Position numbers and translations under genes: made by a program. This document shows positions 60,809 through 64,000 of a stretch of DNA of 64,000 nucleotides, one piece after another. Source of the DNA: a bacterium. GTDB lineage: Bacteria; SAR324; XYD2-FULL-50-16; G965216635. Numbering within the stretch: position 1 is the stretch's first letter; every line of letters begins with the position of its first letter. The notes below the pieces were generated by a model that saw only the letters and a list, made by a program, of their open reading frames with translations, had not been told where the DNA came from and did not search any database. The stretch covers positions 768,001 through 832,000 of the forward strand of contig OZ244188.1 of assembly GCA_965216635.1 (NCBI GenBank), written 5' to 3'.

Positions 60809-62113
60809 GTGTTAAAAGAAGTAAAGGGCAGTCTGTCTAAAAGCACAGATTTTTTCACAAAAAACCGTAAAAAACTTGCCCGATTTTTAGAAACAGATTC
60901 ATTAGCTATTATCTCCGCTGCTAGTCTTATAAGTAAATCTTCCGATTTAAACTATCCGTTCCATCAAAACCCCAGTTTTTATTATTTTACAGGTATTTTA
61001 GAACCAGATTGTCTACTACTTCTGCTTCCATCCCTTATGAAAGACAGGTTCGCTACCTATAAAGATAGCTTCCTTTTCATTTCTCCTATATCTCCTAAAA
61101 AAGAGCAATGGTCTGGAGAAATGTTAAACAAAGAAAAAGCCCAAACGCTTAGCGGTATTGAAAATATAGAATTTTTAGAGGATTTTGAGGTCATTTTCCA
61201 ATCACAACAAAATTGGAAAAGATGTCTTTACATAGAGAATAATTGTATCCATTCTTTACCTAAATTTTCTCAACTCATTCAAAAAGTTAAAATCCAAAAT
61301 CCAGCCTTAGAAATAAAAAAACTAGACTATAAAATCGCCTCAATAAGAGAAAAAAAAGAAGCTATAGAAATCACACAGATCCAAAAGGCTATCGATATAA
61401 CCCAAATAGCTTTTACAAAGGTTTTGCAAAAATTAAAAAAAACAAAAAATATCAAAAAAAATAAAGCTCCATTCTTTAATCACGAAGAACAAATTGCAGC
61501 AGAATTAAGCTATCAATACCAGCTGCAAGGCAGTATAGGGCATGCTTTTGAGCCTATTGTAGCAGGTGGTAAAAACGCAACTACTCTACACTACCAAGAA
61601 AACAATTGCCTTTTAAAATCAGGGGAGCTTTTACTCATAGATACCGGAGCTAGGTGGGGTATGTATAACGCAGATATTACAAGAACAATCCCGATTAATG
61701 CAAAATTCACTGACAAACAAAAATTTTACTATAACCTTGTTTTAGAAATGCAAAGTCAAATAATAAAAAAAATTAAAATAGGAATGAGTTGGTGGCAGTT
61801 GTATAAAAAAGCAGACGATATACAGGCAAAAATTTTAAAACAAGCAAAAATTATTAAAGAAGAGGCTGAATTTAAAAAATATACGCTCCATCGTATAGGT
61901 CATCCATTAGGTTTAGATGTTCACGATATTTACAACCAAGACGACAAATTAGAAGAAGGAAATGTATTAACTATAGAACCAGGTCTTTATTTACCAGAAG
62001 AAAAAATAGGCATCCGTGTTGAAGACAACCTATTGCTTACTAAAAAAGGCATTCAAAACCTATCCTCTAAAATACCTAAGACTGTTGCTGAGATAGAGAG
62101 ATATCTTGCTTAA
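60809..62113 (+). CDS. pepP: Xaa-Pro aminopeptidase
   Basis: FYYFTG, TLHY, IDTGA..YNADITRT, H.IGH.LGLDVHD, TIEPGLY, GIRVED. Confidence 0.93.
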   Translation: MLKEVKGSLSKSTDFFTKNRKKLARFLETDSLAIISAASLISKSSDLNYPFHQNPSFYYFTGILEPDCLLLLLPSLMKDRFATYKDSFLFISPISPKKEQWSGEMLNKEKAQTLSGIENIEFLEDFEVIFQSQQNWKRCLYIENNCIHSLPKFSQLIQKVKIQNPALEIKKLDYKIASIREKKEAIEITQIQKAIDITQIAFTKVLQKLKKTKNIKKNKAPFFNHEEQIAAELSYQYQLQGSIGHAFEPIVAGGKNATTLHYQENNCLLKSGELLLIDTGARWGMYNADITRTIPINAKFTDKQKFYYNLVLEMQSQIIKKIKIGMSWWQLYKKADDIQAKILKQAKIIKEEAEFKKYTLHRIGHPLGLDVHDIYNQDDKLEEGNVLTIEPGLYLPEEKIGIRVEDNLLLTKKGIQNLSSKIPKTVAEIERYLA

Positions 62114-62132
62114 AATTATTTTACTTTTCTGC

Positions 62133-62831
62133 CTATTTTGAAAAAGATTGTACTATAAATTTTTCTATATCTATTATTTCTTGCTCACAAACGCTGTGAG
62201 GCATACCAGAGTATTCTTTCCAAGTTGTAGCAATATTCATTTCTAATAAAGAATCCCGAGCCTGTTTGCCCAAAATCAAAGGAACTATAGGATCTTCTGT
62301 GCCGTGCCCTAAAAAAAAGTCAGGCATTGTTTTCTTATGTGATACAGTTTGAACATTTTCATTCATCTTCCTTGAATAATAAGCACTCTGCCAACCATTC
62401 GCTAGATAACAGGACAAGCCTATAACAGCTGAAATAGAATATTTACTTTTTAAACCTACTTCACAAGCCATAACTCCTCCTTGAGAAAATCCAGCTAAAA
62501 AAATATTCTTCTGTGTGATTCCTTTTTGGATATATTTCTCTAAAATTTTCTCTAAGGCTAAAAAAGATTCTTCTATATCCTCACTATTAGCACTAGATTT
62601 AATATCTATGTTTGTTATATCGTACCAAGCTCTCATCTCCATACCTTGGTTGATAGTAACTTTACGGATAGGGGCATTGGGAAATACAAAAATAGTGGGA
62701 TAGGTTTTATAAAAAGAAAAGGTGTCTACCAAAGAAAGAAAATCGGATGCGTCTGCTCCTAACCCGTGTAACCAAATAATAAGTTTTTGGGGATTTTCTC
62801 CCATTTTTCTTTCAATTATTTCCATTACCAA
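62133..62831 (-). CDS. Phospholipase/carboxylesterase (alpha/beta hydrolase)
   Basis: WLHGLGA, MRAWYDI, GFSQGG, HGTEDPIV, MPHSV. Confidence 0.92.
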   Translation of the reverse strand: MVMEIIERKMGENPQKLIIWLHGLGADASDFLSLVDTFSFYKTYPTIFVFPNAPIRKVTINQGMEMRAWYDITNIDIKSSANSEDIEESFLALEKILEKYIQKGITQKNIFLAGFSQGGVMACEVGLKSKYSISAVIGLSCYLANGWQSAYYSRKMNENVQTVSHKKTMPDFFLGHGTEDPIVPLILGKQARDSLLEMNIATTWKEYSGMPHSVCEQEIIDIEKFIVQSFSK

Positions 62832-63988
62832 GTAGAGCCTACCGCCAACTGAAAAGCTATTTCGCCTCGGTTAGAGACAGCATAGACAATTTTATAAATC
62901 AATTCTTCAGAGATGTGAAAACGGTATTCAATTCCATTGACTACAATAAAACTGTTATCTTGTGTTTTTACTTGTTGGTCATAAGACCTACCTCTTTCTA
63001 CAAAAAAAATAGGTTCCATCAAGGTTTTGGACAGATAAAAAGGGTAGCGGATTTCTAAAGCACTGTATTCTGTTTTAGAGCCTTTATAACGAAAAAGAGG
63101 CTCGCTTCTTAAAAATTGACTACCACCTAAAGAGGTAGCAGTGCCGTATTTGTTGTGTTGGCTGAGATTTTTAACAAGGTTTGTTTCTAAGGAATCACAT
63201 TCAAAAGCGTCTGTAGGGCATAGATCTCTAAAATGCGTTTTTAGTCCATTCTCACCAGAAACATCTGATACTTCTGGTTGAACAACTGAAACTGTGCCAT
63301 AAAAAAATCTTGGCACTATGTAGAGCGAACGAAATAAAGGAATATGAATATCCAAAGCATAATCTAATTTTGTCGTTCCACTATAAAAAGTATTTGTTTT
63401 TTGAGTACTACTTTTGATTTGAGAATAAATTTTCCAACCTCTTTCGGGAAGTACCTTTTCTGGATATTGCTGGAAACTATAAGAAATTCCAAAATTCTGT
63501 AAATTAGAATTGAGATTACCTAAATTGTTGCTGATTTTAATTTCTTGAAAATCTTCCGTTAAAAAACCCTTAAATTGCTGTTCTATCGTTCCAAAAGAAA
63601 GATTTAGTTTTAATTTATTGCGAGTAGTTAAATCAAAATCAACTCCCCCCCCAAAAATCAATCCTGAGAGAGAAGTTTTGTTGTAAAATAATTCTGCTTT
63701 TTTGCTGCCTCTAGTATAGGTGGATGGGATTTTTAAATCTTGGGCTTGAAATAGACTAGCTGAAATAAAACTTTTACCTAGTGGCAGTGGTATTTTGACA
63801 AGCGTTCCCCAAGCACTTTGCTTTCTTTCCGCTATTCCAACCCCAATGATAAATTCTTTTTCTAATTCACTTTTGTATTGAAAACCTGCTCCTAAAACCA
63901 CCCCCAACCCTTCTAATTTTAAAGGCACGGCAAAAAAATTTTTTTCTTGCGCTAAACAAATGTTAGAAAAAATAGTAACATTGAACAA
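62825..63988 (-). CDS. Outer-membrane beta-barrel protein, Omp85/TamA-like; 5' end may lie outside the window
   Basis: LGGSQFLR loop-6-like motif, EIRYP, C-terminal W. Confidence 0.55.
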   Translation of the reverse strand: MFNVTIFSNICLAQEKNFFAVPLKLEGLGVVLGAGFQYKSELEKEFIIGVGIAERKQSAWGTLVKIPLPLGKSFISASLFQAQDLKIPSTYTRGSKKAELFYNKTSLSGLIFGGGVDFDLTTRNKLKLNLSFGTIEQQFKGFLTEDFQEIKISNNLGNLNSNLQNFGISYSFQQYPEKVLPERGWKIYSQIKSSTQKTNTFYSGTTKLDYALDIHIPLFRSLYIVPRFFYGTVSVVQPEVSDVSGENGLKTHFRDLCPTDAFECDSLETNLVKNLSQHNKYGTATSLGGSQFLRSEPLFRYKGSKTEYSALEIRYPFYLSKTLMEPIFFVERGRSYDQQVKTQDNSFIVVNGIEYRFHISEELIYKIVYAVSNRGEIAFQLAVGSTW

Positions 63989-64000
63989 TAAACAAAGGCT

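Overview
An AT-rich bacterial chromosome segment; I cannot fix the taxonomy from the sequence alone. Housekeeping genes are scattered and mostly separated from their usual operon partners: trpCF, argJ, flhG-like, alr, gatA, pheS, nnr, ileS, clpSA, nrdB, bioY and pepP. Larger loci are an NAD-dependent formate dehydrogenase next to a TTT transporter and sauS/sauT-like sulfoacetate genes, a cbb3 oxidase operon interrupted by a Panacea/SocA toxin-antitoxin pair, three tandem mosaic outer-membrane beta-barrel paralogs with hypervariable loops, and a stand-alone 23S rRNA gene with no 16S, tRNA or 5S beside it. About a dozen copies or fragments of a palindromic MITE-like repeat fill the intergenic regions. 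Three structures are the least explained. (i) An array of small-gene modules lies downstream of the 23S gene, each closed by a copy of the rRNA terminator hairpin. (ii) A broken NYN-RNase gene has two tandem 53-nt GC-rich hairpins at its apparent 3' end, starting right after an antisense TATAAT. (iii) A two-gene HEPN-motif cassette is bracketed by a 49-bp duplication of the clpA 3' end. No integrase, transposase, reverse transcriptase or CRISPR array was recognised in the window.
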